Below, one piece after another: positions 8,262 to 18,052 of a stretch of 64,000 bases of DNA (position 1 is its first letter; the number at the start of each line of letters is the position of its first letter). Source of the stretch: a virus; the IMG/VR virus record IMGVR_UViG_2600255067_000001, positions 5,011-69,010 of that record; one strand, given 5' to 3'. Both the position numbers and the translations under genes were made by a program. The notes beneath the pieces were generated by a model, which searched no databases, was not told where the DNA came from, and worked only from the letters and a program-made list of their open reading frames with translations.

Positions 8262-10016
8262 TTAGATTTCGTACGAGGTCACGAAGATTTGGAAGGTGGG
8301 TGTGCCGGCCGTGTTCGTCGCGGTGTAGTAGATAGTCTGCGGTGTGCTGATCTGCAACCGATTGTAGGGCTGTGAGATGGACGCAGACGAGCCTGCTGCC
8401 GCAAACAGGTTGCCCTGAACGCCGAATGCGCCACTCGTCGGATACACGCCGAGATTTTCTGTCGATGCCGCGGTAGAAACCATCTGCAGGTTGCCGGAGA
8501 CGTATTTCGCGCATTTCGGTACCAGAGACGAGATGGAAAGCGCGGTCGGAGATGCCTGCGTTGTCGATGAATTGAGTGCCTGTCCCTGAGTGGACGTATA
8601 GCAGCTCAGAGTGCGGTCACTGTGAAATCCAGCGAAGAATTGCCCACTAGAATTGGTCGGCCACGCGCCGATCAGTGCCGTCGCGACCACATTAGCTGGC
8701 AGATTTGCGCCGCTATATACCTGAGTAGCACCACCCGCCGGCTCAAGCTGAAGAAACGCACCCTTGGTGCCATCGCTTTTGATGGCCGCATACACGGCAT
8801 AAAAGCTGTTCGCTGCGAGCGTCGTGCCAGTATCGAGACCACCGAGGCCAGTCGTGCCGCTGGCAACCGTCGCATTGAAGTTCGCGAGGCAGTAACGCAG
8901 GCTGCCGAGCGCGCTTTCCGCCACGATCTCGTCGGCGGTGAATGTGAGGCTGGCGCCGGCGGTGGCGTTGTTGCACTTCAGGTTGCGCGACGAGCCCACG
9001 ACACCCGCGACCTGTCCAAACTGCACGGCGTGCTGACTGGCAGTCGCAGCGCCTGTCTGAAGCGACGCGCCCGTGCACGACTCCAGCACATACGACGTGA
9101 TGTCGGCGCGATAGACGAACAGCGCCCGGCCGTTCGCCACAAGCTCGTTGCCTTGCAGTGCCTGGTGCGCCGCGCCGACCACCGGGGCCGGAGCGATGAC
9201 GCCAGGGTTGGGGGTGAAGGTCGTGGCGCCGGGGTTGGCGCTCTTGATCTTGACCCAAAACTGCTGATTGTCGGCGACGGCCGTCGGTGCGAGCGGGAAC
9301 GTTGCCTGCACCGCGCCGGCCGTGCCGTTGTCGATTCCGTACTCGAGGTTGTTTGTGATCAGCGATTGAAGCAGCGACGTCGGAAGGATCGGTGCGCCGG
9401 TGTACTGGCTGATGTTCGCCGAGGTGATCGTCGCCTGGCCGTAGGCCACCGTCACGACCCACAGGCCGATGCAGCCCGCGTCGACTGCGGGCGTCACCTG
9501 GCTTCCGGTCGCTGCAGCGACGCCCGGCTTCAGCGTCAGCACGACCTGGCCGGCGCGCGTCGTCATGCTCGGCTGACCGTTTCCGCCCGGCCCGCTGAAA
9601 GCCTGCTGCGGATTGCTCGCGTTGTAGAACGGCAGCACGACCGCGTTGGTGTCGACGTCTGCGTAGTTCGCCTCGATCAGGTAGTTGGTCGAGTAGCCTG
9701 CGGTCGTGGGCGCGGCGCACGCGAAAGTCTTCGCGTCGAGCAAGATGCCCTGCTTCACGATCTGATGCGTCGTATCGGCCGCCAGCGACGAGTACGCCGT
9801 GTTGTCGAGGTTCTGTAGCGCGTACAGTTGGCCCGGCTGAACCTGCACGCTCAGCGATGCCGGCGACGTGGGCACGCAGCCTAGCCCGGCAGCGAGGGTT
9901 GACGTGCCGAGCAAGTCTCCGAACACCTTGCCGAGCGCGACGAGCACGTTTCGGTTCGTGTTCAGGAGGTCGGTTTCGAGAGGGACTTGACCCGCGTAGA
10001 CGGTCTGACGATCCAT
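8262..10016 (-). CDS. Tail fiber protein
   Basis: 584 aa. Conserved phage tail fiber N-terminus MDRQTVYAGQVPLETDLLNTNRNVLVALGKV, followed by a long Gly/Ala/Thr/Ser-rich beta-rich shaft. Confidence 0.8.
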   Translation of the reverse strand: MDRQTVYAGQVPLETDLLNTNRNVLVALGKVFGDLLGTSTLAAGLGCVPTSPASLSVQVQPGQLYALQNLDNTAYSSLAADTTHQIVKQGILLDAKTFACAAPTTAGYSTNYLIEANYADVDTNAVVLPFYNASNPQQAFSGPGGNGQPSMTTRAGQVVLTLKPGVAAATGSQVTPAVDAGCIGLWVVTVAYGQATITSANISQYTGAPILPTSLLQSLITNNLEYGIDNGTAGAVQATFPLAPTAVADNQQFWVKIKSANPGATTFTPNPGVIAPAPVVGAAHQALQGNELVANGRALFVYRADITSYVLESCTGASLQTGAATASQHAVQFGQVAGVVGSSRNLKCNNATAGASLTFTADEIVAESALGSLRYCLANFNATVASGTTGLGGLDTGTTLAANSFYAVYAAIKSDGTKGAFLQLEPAGGATQVYSGANLPANVVATALIGAWPTNSSGQFFAGFHSDRTLSCYTSTQGQALNSSTTQASPTALSISSLVPKCAKYVSGNLQMVSTAASTENLGVYPTSGAFGVQGNLFAAAGSSASISQPYNRLQISTPQTIYYTATNTAGTPTFQIFVTSYEI

Positions 10017-10088
10017 TCAATGGGCTCCAGAAATGCAAAAGCCCCGCACTTGGCGGGGCTTTCGTTGAGACGCTGGACGAGCGAGTCG

Positions 10089-10754
10089 TCAGCTTGAGAT
10101 GTTGGTCCAGATGATCGTGCCGACAGGCTTTACGCTGTCGATTGCCGCGTAGATGTCGGCATCCGACACAGCGTCTTGCACGAGCGAGAGGTCGGCGTAC
10201 TCGGCGCGGGATGGTTGCCCATATCCGCCTGGTGAAGAGCCGTAGCCAGCGACCAAAGGAATGCCGGTCCCGATCGGACGATAGGCAACGACGAACGCCT
10301 GATACTGGAGCAGCACAGACCCGTATGCGCCCGCGACGCCATATCCGCTATTCGGGGCACCGTACGCCCCGGTGTCAGCGGGCCGCTGTGGCTCGATCAC
10401 GATGGGCGTTCGGCCGGTTAGGTCTTGAAGAACCTTGATGATCGCGTGCCGTGTTGCTCGCTCGCGAAAAATGTTGATGATGATTCGCGCCCGGAAACTC
10501 GCGTCCGACTGGTTTGATGACCGCATGAGCGCAGAACCGAAAAAGTCCTGCGCTATAGCGTCGAGAAAGCCATCGGTCGCGGTAAGGATGCGCGTTTGAA
10601 GCCGCACGTAACTGATGAGCGAGTACACGTAGGCGTGCCCGCTCGCAAGCCCTGCCGCGACCGCATCACGGATCGCGAATGCCGATTCGAACCATGACGC
10701 GGGGATCAGTCGTGTGAGGCGGGCGAGGATGTCGTTTTGGTCGCCAGTAGCCAT
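10089..10754 (-). CDS. Baseplate/tail protein (Mu gp48 / P2 gpI-like, DUF2313-type)
   Basis: 221 aa, position between the J-like gene and the fiber, Gly/Tyr-rich C-terminal region. Confidence 0.55.
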   Translation of the reverse strand: MATGDQNDILARLTRLIPASWFESAFAIRDAVAAGLASGHAYVYSLISYVRLQTRILTATDGFLDAIAQDFFGSALMRSSNQSDASFRARIIINIFRERATRHAIIKVLQDLTGRTPIVIEPQRPADTGAYGAPNSGYGVAGAYGSVLLQYQAFVVAYRPIGTGIPLVAGYGSSPGGYGQPSRAEYADLSLVQDAVSDADIYAAIDSVKPVGTIIWTNISS

Positions 10755-10762
10755 AGCGCCCC

Positions 10763-11890
10763 TTAGACGATGGTGAGCGTGCCGCTCTTGATGATCTGCT
10801 GTGTCGTCGCAGTGAGGTCCGCCGTGCCACCGTTGAGCGTCACACCGGTGACGTTCGTTACGAGCGGCGATGCGTCATAGGCAATTTGAGCGAGCCGGCT
10901 GTACGAAAGCGAGGCGCCAATCGGCAGCGTGTTGATGTACGCCTGCAACGCTGTCGTGACGAGCGCGATGACTGCGTTATGCGTGGCAGAGTTGCCGGTC
11001 GTGGTCAGCGTCATGCCGACATTCGCTGTCTGGAGAACCGGTGCGAACACCGCGAACGTGCTCGTGATTGGCCGCACGGCATTGATCGCGTTGTAGACCG
11101 TCGAAAGAAACGACGACGGCGGGCTACCCGATCCATCGTCCACCACGACATAGAAGAATCCCATGTTCGTGGCGCCGCCGTACGTCTGATTCTCCGTCAG
11201 GGTGTAACTGACGTTCTGCTGAATGCTCGTGACCGCATATGCGACCGCGCCCTTCGTGGCCTTAGAAAGGCTCGCGATGTACGTCTGGAACCGCGCGCGG
11301 AATGCCACGTCGCTTTCGGCATTCGCGCCATTCGTGAACGGATTCGCGTTCGTGACGGTGTCGACGCCGGGGATCGCTTGATAGAGCGCGTTCACCTGAT
11401 TCGCGAGCATGTTGCCCGCAGCGCCTGCGGTGACGGCCTGCACCGTGACCGTAACGCTAGTCGTTCCCGCCGGTATTACGAACGCGTTCAGCGTTGCGCT
11501 GTATGCGGGGTTCGTTGTATCGGCCACAACAGCGTATTGCTGCGTGCCGTCCGAACTCTGCACCAGCGAGCCGACAGGGATTGTCGCCTGCGATGTCGCG
11601 GTGAAACGAGAGAACGTAACTGGCCCGGACGCATAGGACGCCGGCAAGCGCGTGACCCCGTAATCGGCCATCCACGAATCGAGGTCGCTCCCGCTACAGG
11701 TGGCCGCTCGCGTCAAACTCGCTAGATAGAGCACCAGCCCTTGCAGCCACATCACGATCGCTGCGTTCGCCTCGAGGATCGCGCGAAGCACGGAACCTAC
11801 CGCAGTGTCGATGAGGTTTGAGGCAGCCCCCTGCACTGCTGCAACAGCGTTCTCCACGACTTGCGTGAAGGTCTGTGTCTGGAACGTCAT
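10763..11890 (-). CDS. Baseplate J-like protein (Mu gp47 analogue)
   Basis: 375 aa. The size, position and sequence character match baseplate wedge J family. Confidence 0.65.
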   Translation of the reverse strand: MTFQTQTFTQVVENAVAAVQGAASNLIDTAVGSVLRAILEANAAIVMWLQGLVLYLASLTRAATCSGSDLDSWMADYGVTRLPASYASGPVTFSRFTATSQATIPVGSLVQSSDGTQQYAVVADTTNPAYSATLNAFVIPAGTTSVTVTVQAVTAGAAGNMLANQVNALYQAIPGVDTVTNANPFTNGANAESDVAFRARFQTYIASLSKATKGAVAYAVTSIQQNVSYTLTENQTYGGATNMGFFYVVVDDGSGSPPSSFLSTVYNAINAVRPITSTFAVFAPVLQTANVGMTLTTTGNSATHNAVIALVTTALQAYINTLPIGASLSYSRLAQIAYDASPLVTNVTGVTLNGGTADLTATTQQIIKSGTLTIV

Positions 11891-11956
11891 TTATTGCGAG
11901 GCCCAAAGAAAAAGCCGCCCGAAGGCGGCTTTGTGAGGAGGGGGTAACGGGACGGG

Positions 11957-12361
11957 CTAGTTCGTCACGTCGAAGGCGAGCACCACATTGCTTCCATCCG
12001 ACGCGTCCACGTACTGAATGTTTGCGGACACCCCGCCATCGATCTGCGTTACCGACACTGAGGGAGGGGGCGTGCGCGCTACTGCGCTCTCGAGCAGCAT
12101 TTGCGCCAGGATCACGGACCGGATTGCTTCGAGGTCGGTCGTTTGCCCAACCATGCGCCGCACGCCAGCGCCGTAATCAGGGTGGAAGATGTAATCGCCG
12201 GGGGCGAGGACATTCCCATTTGCATCCTTCAATGCCGGGTTGGTGAGCAGCCGGCGCAGCACGCGTTGCTGTCCGCGGAGCGTGCCGCTCGAAAGCGCGA
12301 GGTCGCCCCCACTCGACACGGAAACGTCCCCGCCGAAGTAATGATTGAGATCGTTGGTCAT
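11957..12361 (-). CDS. Mu gp46-like baseplate protein
   Basis: 134 aa, conserved position downstream of the spike protein. Confidence 0.55.
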   Translation of the reverse strand: MTNDLNHYFGGDVSVSSGGDLALSSGTLRGQQRVLRRLLTNPALKDANGNVLAPGDYIFHPDYGAGVRRMVGQTTDLEAIRSVILAQMLLESAVARTPPPSVSVTQIDGGVSANIQYVDASDGSNVVLAFDVTN

Positions 12362-13020
12362 CAGCCGCCCTTGACCGTTGTCGTGAGGTGCGAGTTCGTC
12401 ATCTGCTGATTCGGCGCCTGCGTCACTGAACCGGTCTCGTTGTGCGTGTGGCTATTGAAGAGCGACATAAATGCAGACGTGATGAAAGCGAGCAGCGACT
12501 GGCCGGCTGCACCGAGATTGATTGATGGGGCTGTGACGTTCGCTGAACCGGCCGCCTGCACGTTCACGTTGCCAGTGGCCTGAATGTTGATGGTCGGGCC
12601 GGTTACGTCCACTTCCGCCTGCCCGTTGATTCCGACTTTGCCGTCGTTCGTCAGACGCATGAACGATCCCGACTGGTGGACCATGCGTAATTCGCCGACT
12701 ACGGATGACGGGGGCCGCTCGGTGTCGTTGTACAAATAGCCGGACACCACCCACTCATCGTTGAACCCTTCGATGGGGTCCAGCACGACTAACTGATCGA
12801 TTGTCGGCAGGCATACCAGCCCCCACCCGTTACCAACCCAATGCGCCTTGACTGAAATCCACCCGCTAGGCGTATTGTCGGGTTGAAAGAGCACCTTCAC
12901 GCTGTACGAGTCCGGGTCAACGCTACTGACCAGTCCATATTTCGATTCGGCCGAGACGCTGCGCTCAAGAGCCGCTTGCTGGCGCACCGCACTGGCTAAT
13001 GCCTTCAGGTGGCGAGTCAT
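12361..13020 (-). CDS. Baseplate spike/assembly protein V (Mu gp45 analogue)
   Basis: 219 aa with OB-fold-like N-terminus and a C-terminal beta-helical repeat (...INGQAEVDVTGPTINIQATGNVNVQAAGSANVTAPSINLGAAG...). Confidence 0.65.
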   Translation of the reverse strand: MTRHLKALASAVRQQAALERSVSAESKYGLVSSVDPDSYSVKVLFQPDNTPSGWISVKAHWVGNGWGLVCLPTIDQLVVLDPIEGFNDEWVVSGYLYNDTERPPSSVVGELRMVHQSGSFMRLTNDGKVGINGQAEVDVTGPTINIQATGNVNVQAAGSANVTAPSINLGAAGQSLLAFITSAFMSLFNSHTHNETGSVTQAPNQQMTNSHLTTTVKGG

Positions 13021-14147
13021 GGGAGGGGAACACTCTCGACGCTATGGTTCTTTGCGGAAAGGGTCATGCGATATCCGTCACGAATGCTCATCGCGCGGAT
13101 CACGCTGTCCGGGTAATAAATCTGATCGAAAACGGTGTCGGTTCCCGTCACGCTGACCAGCGTGCGCGGGGATAACACATCGTCGCCTGGCATCACCGCG
13201 TGCAGACGCATCTCGTGCTTCGAGAGGTCTTGCAGGTATGCATTCGCGCGTGCCTGCGCCTCTGCCTGAGTCAGCCCGGGAATCGAATACGAATAGACCT
13301 GAGCCTGACCATACGGAAGTTGGGCATTGCGGATCACCTTGTTCTTGTTGTGCTGCGCCTGTGCCTTCACGGTGAAGCCCTTCTTCTGCTTCGCGTTCAT
13401 GCTGCGCACATAGACGATGATGTCCTTGGCGACGGTCAGATTGCGTGAAAACTCAAGGTCTTCGACGGTCGCCGTGGGCGAGCCAGTCGTGGCGTCGGGT
13501 TCGGACCACTGGATGACATACGTGTCGTCCTTCGACGGGTCAGGAAGTGGTTCGAAATGCAGCGTTTGCCCTTGCACGTAGCACGCAAAGTTTTCCTTGT
13601 GCGCGAGCCACGTCAGCAAATCCCATTCGGTTTGACTGTCCGACACTTTCACGTGGTCAATCTGGTAGTACGTGCCGACGGGAGTTGTCGTCGTCTTCAC
13701 GACAGCCTGCATGCCGTGGCGCGCGGCAAGAATCTGCGCAACCTGCGACGACGTCTTTGTGGTGAATTGCTCTGCCGTCTTCGCGTCCAAAAACTGGCTC
13801 GTGTAGTCGCGGCCCGACAGTTCGACAACGCCCGCGACGGGCTTGTATTGAACGTCGTCAACGCGCCCGATGATCCAGCTCTTCAGCGAACTCGAATCGT
13901 AATTCGTGGGGTCGGGCGGGAAGCCGGCGAATAGCTCAACGGTCAAGTCCGCCTGCGAAAGCAGCCACGCCTTGTTGCGATCGGCTGGCAGCCAGTTGCA
14001 CGCGAAGTTGACCCGGAACGTATCGGCCTGGTAGAAGCCGTTGTTGTCGACTTCGAAATCGACCCACGCGTCAATGGGCACACCGTTGAGCTTCACGACG
14101 CCGCGAGGCGCGCGTGCCTCGCCAAGGGGCAAAATCGTGTTGAGCAT
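13017..14147 (-). CDS. Baseplate hub / tail protein (Mu gp44, P2 gpD-like)
   Basis: 376 aa, conserved position after the DNA-circulation-like gene. Confidence 0.6.
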   Translation of the reverse strand: MLNTILPLGEARAPRGVVKLNGVPIDAWVDFEVDNNGFYQADTFRVNFACNWLPADRNKAWLLSQADLTVELFAGFPPDPTNYDSSSLKSWIIGRVDDVQYKPVAGVVELSGRDYTSQFLDAKTAEQFTTKTSSQVAQILAARHGMQAVVKTTTTPVGTYYQIDHVKVSDSQTEWDLLTWLAHKENFACYVQGQTLHFEPLPDPSKDDTYVIQWSEPDATTGSPTATVEDLEFSRNLTVAKDIIVYVRSMNAKQKKGFTVKAQAQHNKNKVIRNAQLPYGQAQVYSYSIPGLTQAEAQARANAYLQDLSKHEMRLHAVMPGDDVLSPRTLVSVTGTDTVFDQIYYPDSVIRAMSIRDGYRMTLSAKNHSVESVPLP

Positions 14148-14156
14148 GCGGTTGCG

Positions 14157-15116
14157 TCAGGATTGGAGAATGCCGCCGGACGAGGCCGGCGCGGGCGGGA
14201 TGATGAGGGTATTGATGCCCGACAGCGTCGGGTCTGTGAGTCCGTTCGCGCTCGCGATGTACGTCCACGCCGTCGGGTCGTTGTAGTGCTTCGACGCGAG
14301 CGTGAAAAGGTCGCCGCCGCCGATGGTTTCGGTCTTGTTTGCCGCGAACACCGACGAGACGTTCGCCTGAACACGACCAAGCAGCTTGTCGAGGTTGAAG
14401 AGCGACGTTTGGGCTTGCACGGCGCTCAGCGTCGAAAGAAGGCTGCTCGCCTGCGTGCCGAGCCCAAGGCCGTACGAAATCTTTCCGAGAAGGCCCTGCG
14501 CGGCGATGGTTGCGGAGAATTGCGTCTGGAGCGTCGCAATCGTCGCACGCACGTTGTTGATGGGTTGGAGAACGCCATTCACAACGGACCGAGCGGCCCC
14601 GACGAACGTGTTGACGGATGAGATTGCCGACTGGAGCGTTCCGAAGGCGCTCGTGAGGCTCGGGATGCCGAGCGACGACACGAGGCCGCTTGCGCCAGTC
14701 ATGTCCGTCGACACCGCATCGTCAACGGTCGGCGATGCGATTGTCGTGACGGGGTTCGTGTTGTTCTGCACGACCGCACACGTGATCGTGTACGGGACCA
14801 TGTAGAAGCGCTCATACTCGGGCTCAAACTCTTCGATGAGCACTTGATACGAGAACTCTCCCCACGTCAGCGTGAGAGGGAGCCCCGCGACGCGCAAACC
14901 ATCGACGTATCGCGCGCGGGTTGACGCGTTCGCACCTCGAAACGTGCCGGACCACCGTAGCGGGCGCTCGATCGCGCCCATTGCATCGACCTTGCGCACG
15001 CCACCCACCAACTGATGAGTAACGAGCGCCTGAGAGCCGCCAAACGGGATTTTCTCGGGGACTTCGGTGTCGGAAAACACGAAATCCCCGAGTTGAACGA
15101 CGGTATCGGGTTTCAT
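14157..15116 (-). CDS. Tail protein, Mu gp43 (DNA circulation protein)-like, with LysM-like C-terminus
   Basis: 319 aa. The C-terminus DLFTLASKHYNDPTAWTYIASANGLTDPTLSGINTLIIP resembles a LysM motif. Follows the tape measure gene. Confidence 0.55.
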   Translation of the reverse strand: MKPDTVVQLGDFVFSDTEVPEKIPFGGSQALVTHQLVGGVRKVDAMGAIERPLRWSGTFRGANASTRARYVDGLRVAGLPLTLTWGEFSYQVLIEEFEPEYERFYMVPYTITCAVVQNNTNPVTTIASPTVDDAVSTDMTGASGLVSSLGIPSLTSAFGTLQSAISSVNTFVGAARSVVNGVLQPINNVRATIATLQTQFSATIAAQGLLGKISYGLGLGTQASSLLSTLSAVQAQTSLFNLDKLLGRVQANVSSVFAANKTETIGGGDLFTLASKHYNDPTAWTYIASANGLTDPTLSGINTLIIPPAPASSGGILQS

Positions 15117-17182
15117 CGGTATGGGTAAGGTGCGCCGACCGTCGGCATGGTCTGCCGCGTATCGACAGCCCCCGTGCCGACAGGCGCGTTCATGGAGCCC
15201 ACGATGTAGCGCGCGGCACTATCCGCAATCGCGCGTCCATCGACGAGAGTCTTGTGCTGGAGGTTGATGATGGTCTGCTGCCGCGGCGAGACATTCGGGC
15301 CGTTGTTTCCGCCCGGGGCGCCCCCCGGCGCGGACGGCGGGTTGTCGCCGCCGACCCACGACGAGGGCAGGAACGATTTCAGCTTGTCCCACGCGCGCCC
15401 GAACCAGTTGACGAGATTCGTCAGCCCCTCGCCAATGCTGTCCCATATGCGCTTGAGCAACGGCCATACCACATCCCAATGCTTCCACAACTCATACAGC
15501 CCGAACGCAATGCCGGTGATGATGAGCCCGAGCGGCGTCATGGTGAGGAAGCGGCCGAGCATGAAAATCGCACGGCCGAGCAGCATGAACGGCCCGAAGA
15601 TGCCGCGCGCGATGCCGCCGAGGAATACGAGACCGTTGCCAACCGGCCGCAGCGCGAGGAATGCGATTCGCGACCACTGCGCGATACGCAGCATCGTCGA
15701 GCCGACACGCGTGAACGCGATGGCCGTTGACAGCGCGCGGAACGCCCCGCCGAAGAGCAGAATCTCGCCAGCGACGAGCGTCATGCCGGTCAACGCCGTG
15801 AAGGCGACGACGATACCCTTCGCCAGCCCCGCGTGCTTGTTCAGGAATCCGTTCAGGGCGTCGACGGTCTTGATGAGCCATGTCAGGCCGCGAATGGCGA
15901 GCGGCAGCGCGTGCTCACCCAACGTCTCCATCAGGTTCGCATACTTCGCATGAAGATCGACCTCCTTGCCGCCGAGCGTGCCGCCTGCGGCGTTGACCGA
16001 CTGGCTGATGCCGAGCGCCTTGGCGTTCGCATCGACGGACTTGTGGATCGTCGCGAGCTGCTTGTCGATCAGCGAGAAGAATGCGCCGCCGGTGCTGCCG
16101 AAGATCATCGCGTTTTCGCGCGCGACGGAGTTGCGGTCCTTGATGCCCATACGGTCGTACATGGGCTTGATCTTCGACTCGTAGAACTTCACCGGGTCGC
16201 TCGAAAAGAGCGCCTGGTCGACGAGCGGATTTCCCTTGAACGCCTTGATGCCGCCCTGGCTGTTCCATGTGATCTTCTTGGCGTCCCAAATTCCGTATCG
16301 CGTGAGTTCGTGCGCGACCTGGTTGGGAATCTTGATGATCCCGTTCAGCCGGTTGAATGCCGTGCGCAGCGAGAAGCCGGCCGTGCTGCCCTTCATTTCG
16401 CCGATGATCGGTTCGAGTTCGGCGAACAGCGCCTGATCGCTCAAGCCCTGCGCCGCCACCCCGCCGCGCGCCATGAACTGGCGATACTGCGCCCAATCCA
16501 CGTTGCCGCCCGACGACCGCATGGCCTTCCAGCCCATGTCGGCGATCCGGTTGAAGGCGTCCGCGGACTGCAACCCGCCGCGCATTTCGATGAACCGCAG
16601 CATGTCGAGCGACTGCGTGTGCATGCGGTCGCGCGAGGCGTCGTCGAGCGCGGATGTCGCGAAGTGAATCTTTGCCAGAATCGGCGCGGCCAGTTTCGCG
16701 CCCTCCAGCGCAGCATTACCGGACAGCCCGGCCTCGCGAAACACGCCTTGCGCCTCGGTGAGGAAGCGCATGTTGTCGGTGTAGCTCGATCCGATGATGT
16801 TCATGCTCTTCGCGAACTTCACCGCCTCGCGGTTCGCGGCGTCGCCCATTCCGTACAGCGAGAATTTCGCCACCTCGGTCTGGAAGCGCTTGGCCTCGTC
16901 CAAGGGTGCCTGAAGCGCCTTGAGGCCGAAAATCCCCGTCGCAGTGAGCGCCCCGCCGGCGAGCATCATTCTTTTGATACTCTTGAGCCGGTCCTCGAGT
17001 TGTGCGGCGGTCTTGCCGCTCGCGAGGAAATGACCGGATAGCGCAGCAAGCCCGCTGCTCACGCCGTCTACAAGCGAGAGCTTGACGGCGATTTTGTAGG
17101 CTTCGAACGCCATGAGAAGAAATTTCCTGTTTTCCGCGCGGGAATGGCTCGCGGACAAGACATCCTTTGCGCAATACCCCAA
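15113..17182 (-). CDS. Tail tape measure protein (true start may be the internal Met near 17113)
   Basis: 689 aa, largely helical Ala/Gly/Leu-rich sequence with C-terminal hydrophobic segments. Located between the chaperone and baseplate genes. Confidence 0.75.
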   Translation of the reverse strand: MGYCAKDVLSASHSRAENRKFLLMAFEAYKIAVKLSLVDGVSSGLAALSGHFLASGKTAAQLEDRLKSIKRMMLAGGALTATGIFGLKALQAPLDEAKRFQTEVAKFSLYGMGDAANREAVKFAKSMNIIGSSYTDNMRFLTEAQGVFREAGLSGNAALEGAKLAAPILAKIHFATSALDDASRDRMHTQSLDMLRFIEMRGGLQSADAFNRIADMGWKAMRSSGGNVDWAQYRQFMARGGVAAQGLSDQALFAELEPIIGEMKGSTAGFSLRTAFNRLNGIIKIPNQVAHELTRYGIWDAKKITWNSQGGIKAFKGNPLVDQALFSSDPVKFYESKIKPMYDRMGIKDRNSVARENAMIFGSTGGAFFSLIDKQLATIHKSVDANAKALGISQSVNAAGGTLGGKEVDLHAKYANLMETLGEHALPLAIRGLTWLIKTVDALNGFLNKHAGLAKGIVVAFTALTGMTLVAGEILLFGGAFRALSTAIAFTRVGSTMLRIAQWSRIAFLALRPVGNGLVFLGGIARGIFGPFMLLGRAIFMLGRFLTMTPLGLIITGIAFGLYELWKHWDVVWPLLKRIWDSIGEGLTNLVNWFGRAWDKLKSFLPSSWVGGDNPPSAPGGAPGGNNGPNVSPRQQTIINLQHKTLVDGRAIADSAARYIVGSMNAPVGTGAVDTRQTMPTVGAPYPYR

Positions 17183-17255
17183 GCCCCGGATTCACCCGGT
17201 GCGGCGCAAGTCCGCGGACGACAATCAACCGTTGCGGTTGGTCTGGAAGAACCCG

Positions 17256-17381
17256 ATGCCCGGCTTCATGCGCCTGGCGCTCGGGCTGTTGGGGCTGTTT
17301 TGGATGGCGGTTTTCGCCGTGCTGATCATCGTCACCGTCATCTTCTTTGGCGGCGCACTGTGGGCCGCAATCACCGGGTAA
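17256..17381 (+). CDS. Small membrane peptide encoded antisense within the tail module
   Basis: 41 aa MPGFMRLALGLLGLFWMAVFAVLIIVTVIFFGGALWAAITG. RBS GGAAGAA, high GC3. Occupies the only non-coding gap between the tape measure and the upstream gene. Confidence 0.4.
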   Translation: MPGFMRLALGLLGLFWMAVFAVLIIVTVIFFGGALWAAITG

Positions 17382-17886
17382 CGGTTGCTGATGCGTAGTC
17401 CGCCAGTAATCCGGCTGGCATATCTCCGCCATCGAGCAGGCCGCGCACCAGGGCGCCGATAAGCACCTTGCGGATGACCGGGCCGGCGCGCACGGCCGCT
17501 GGCCCGAGAACCGGACGCGGCGGGATGGGATGCGCTGCGTTCACCGTGCCGAGTTCCTGATAGACCATGATGTCGCTCGTCGAGCCGATTTCCGCCTCAA
17601 GGCCGCGAACAGTGCGGCCAATCGAATCTCGCATCTCACCGCTGCGCAACAGCGGGTCGTTCTCTGTGAAACCGTGTGCGAGCCGGTCCTCTTTCGTGGC
17701 GTCGGCCAGTTCGGGCCACGCGTCAAACGGCCCGACTTGCGGCTGATACTTCCCGATCTCTTCCTTCGCCGTCCGCTCGATGTGCGCAGCGACGCGCTCA
17801 AGGCCCGCATGCAACTGAAGCAACATGCCGCCGTCAAGACGGATCAGATGCGCGGCGAAGGCAGTCAGACTGTTGAATTGCCTCAC
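17371..17886 (-). CDS. Hypothetical tail-associated protein (GTG start overlapping the stop of the frameshifted chaperone extension)
   Basis: 171 aa high-GC3 frame beginning VRQFNSLTAFAAHLIRLDGGMLLQLHAGLERV... The upstream 75 nt of track ORF 17371..17961 have low GC3, so they are not coding in this frame. Confidence 0.5.
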   Translation of the reverse strand: MRQFNSLTAFAAHLIRLDGGMLLQLHAGLERVAAHIERTAKEEIGKYQPQVGPFDAWPELADATKEDRLAHGFTENDPLLRSGEMRDSIGRTVRGLEAEIGSTSDIMVYQELGTVNAAHPIPPRPVLGPAAVRAGPVIRKVLIGALVRGLLDGGDMPAGLLADYASATVTR

Positions 17887-18052
17887 GTCTTCTGCTCCTC
17901 CCACCGCATGGTGTTGAGGTTGAACTTGTTGCCGTGGAATTCGGACATCACGATCGACCACGCGGCGCGATCCACGTCCCCCAATGAGAAAGCGATGTCG
18001 AAGGGGACGCCGTTATGGACGAGCCATAGCGCCTCGCGCAGCGGGACGTTCG

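Noticed and set aside
8622-10038. Long plus-strand ORF (8622..9818) and minus-strand ORF (8743..10038) overlapping the tail fiber gene
   Set aside because: They are Arg/Gly/Ala-rich translations typical of off-frame high-GC DNA. They overlap a protein-like, motif-bearing tail fiber ORF. No RBS or domain signal.
15252-17432. Several 150-400 aa ORFs on both strands inside the tape-measure gene (for example 15833..17041, 16716..17432)
   Set aside because: Antisense or off-frame to a bona fide tape-measure protein. Compositionally biased (R/A/G/P-rich). No start-site signals.
17887-17961. N-terminal 25 codons of track ORF 17371..17961 (MVDRDVRIPRQQV...)
   Set aside because: Third-codon positions are AT-rich, so this stretch is non-coding in this frame. 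The same nucleotides have strong coding bias in the -1 frame reached from the chaperone slippery site. The gene is therefore annotated from the GTG at 17886.
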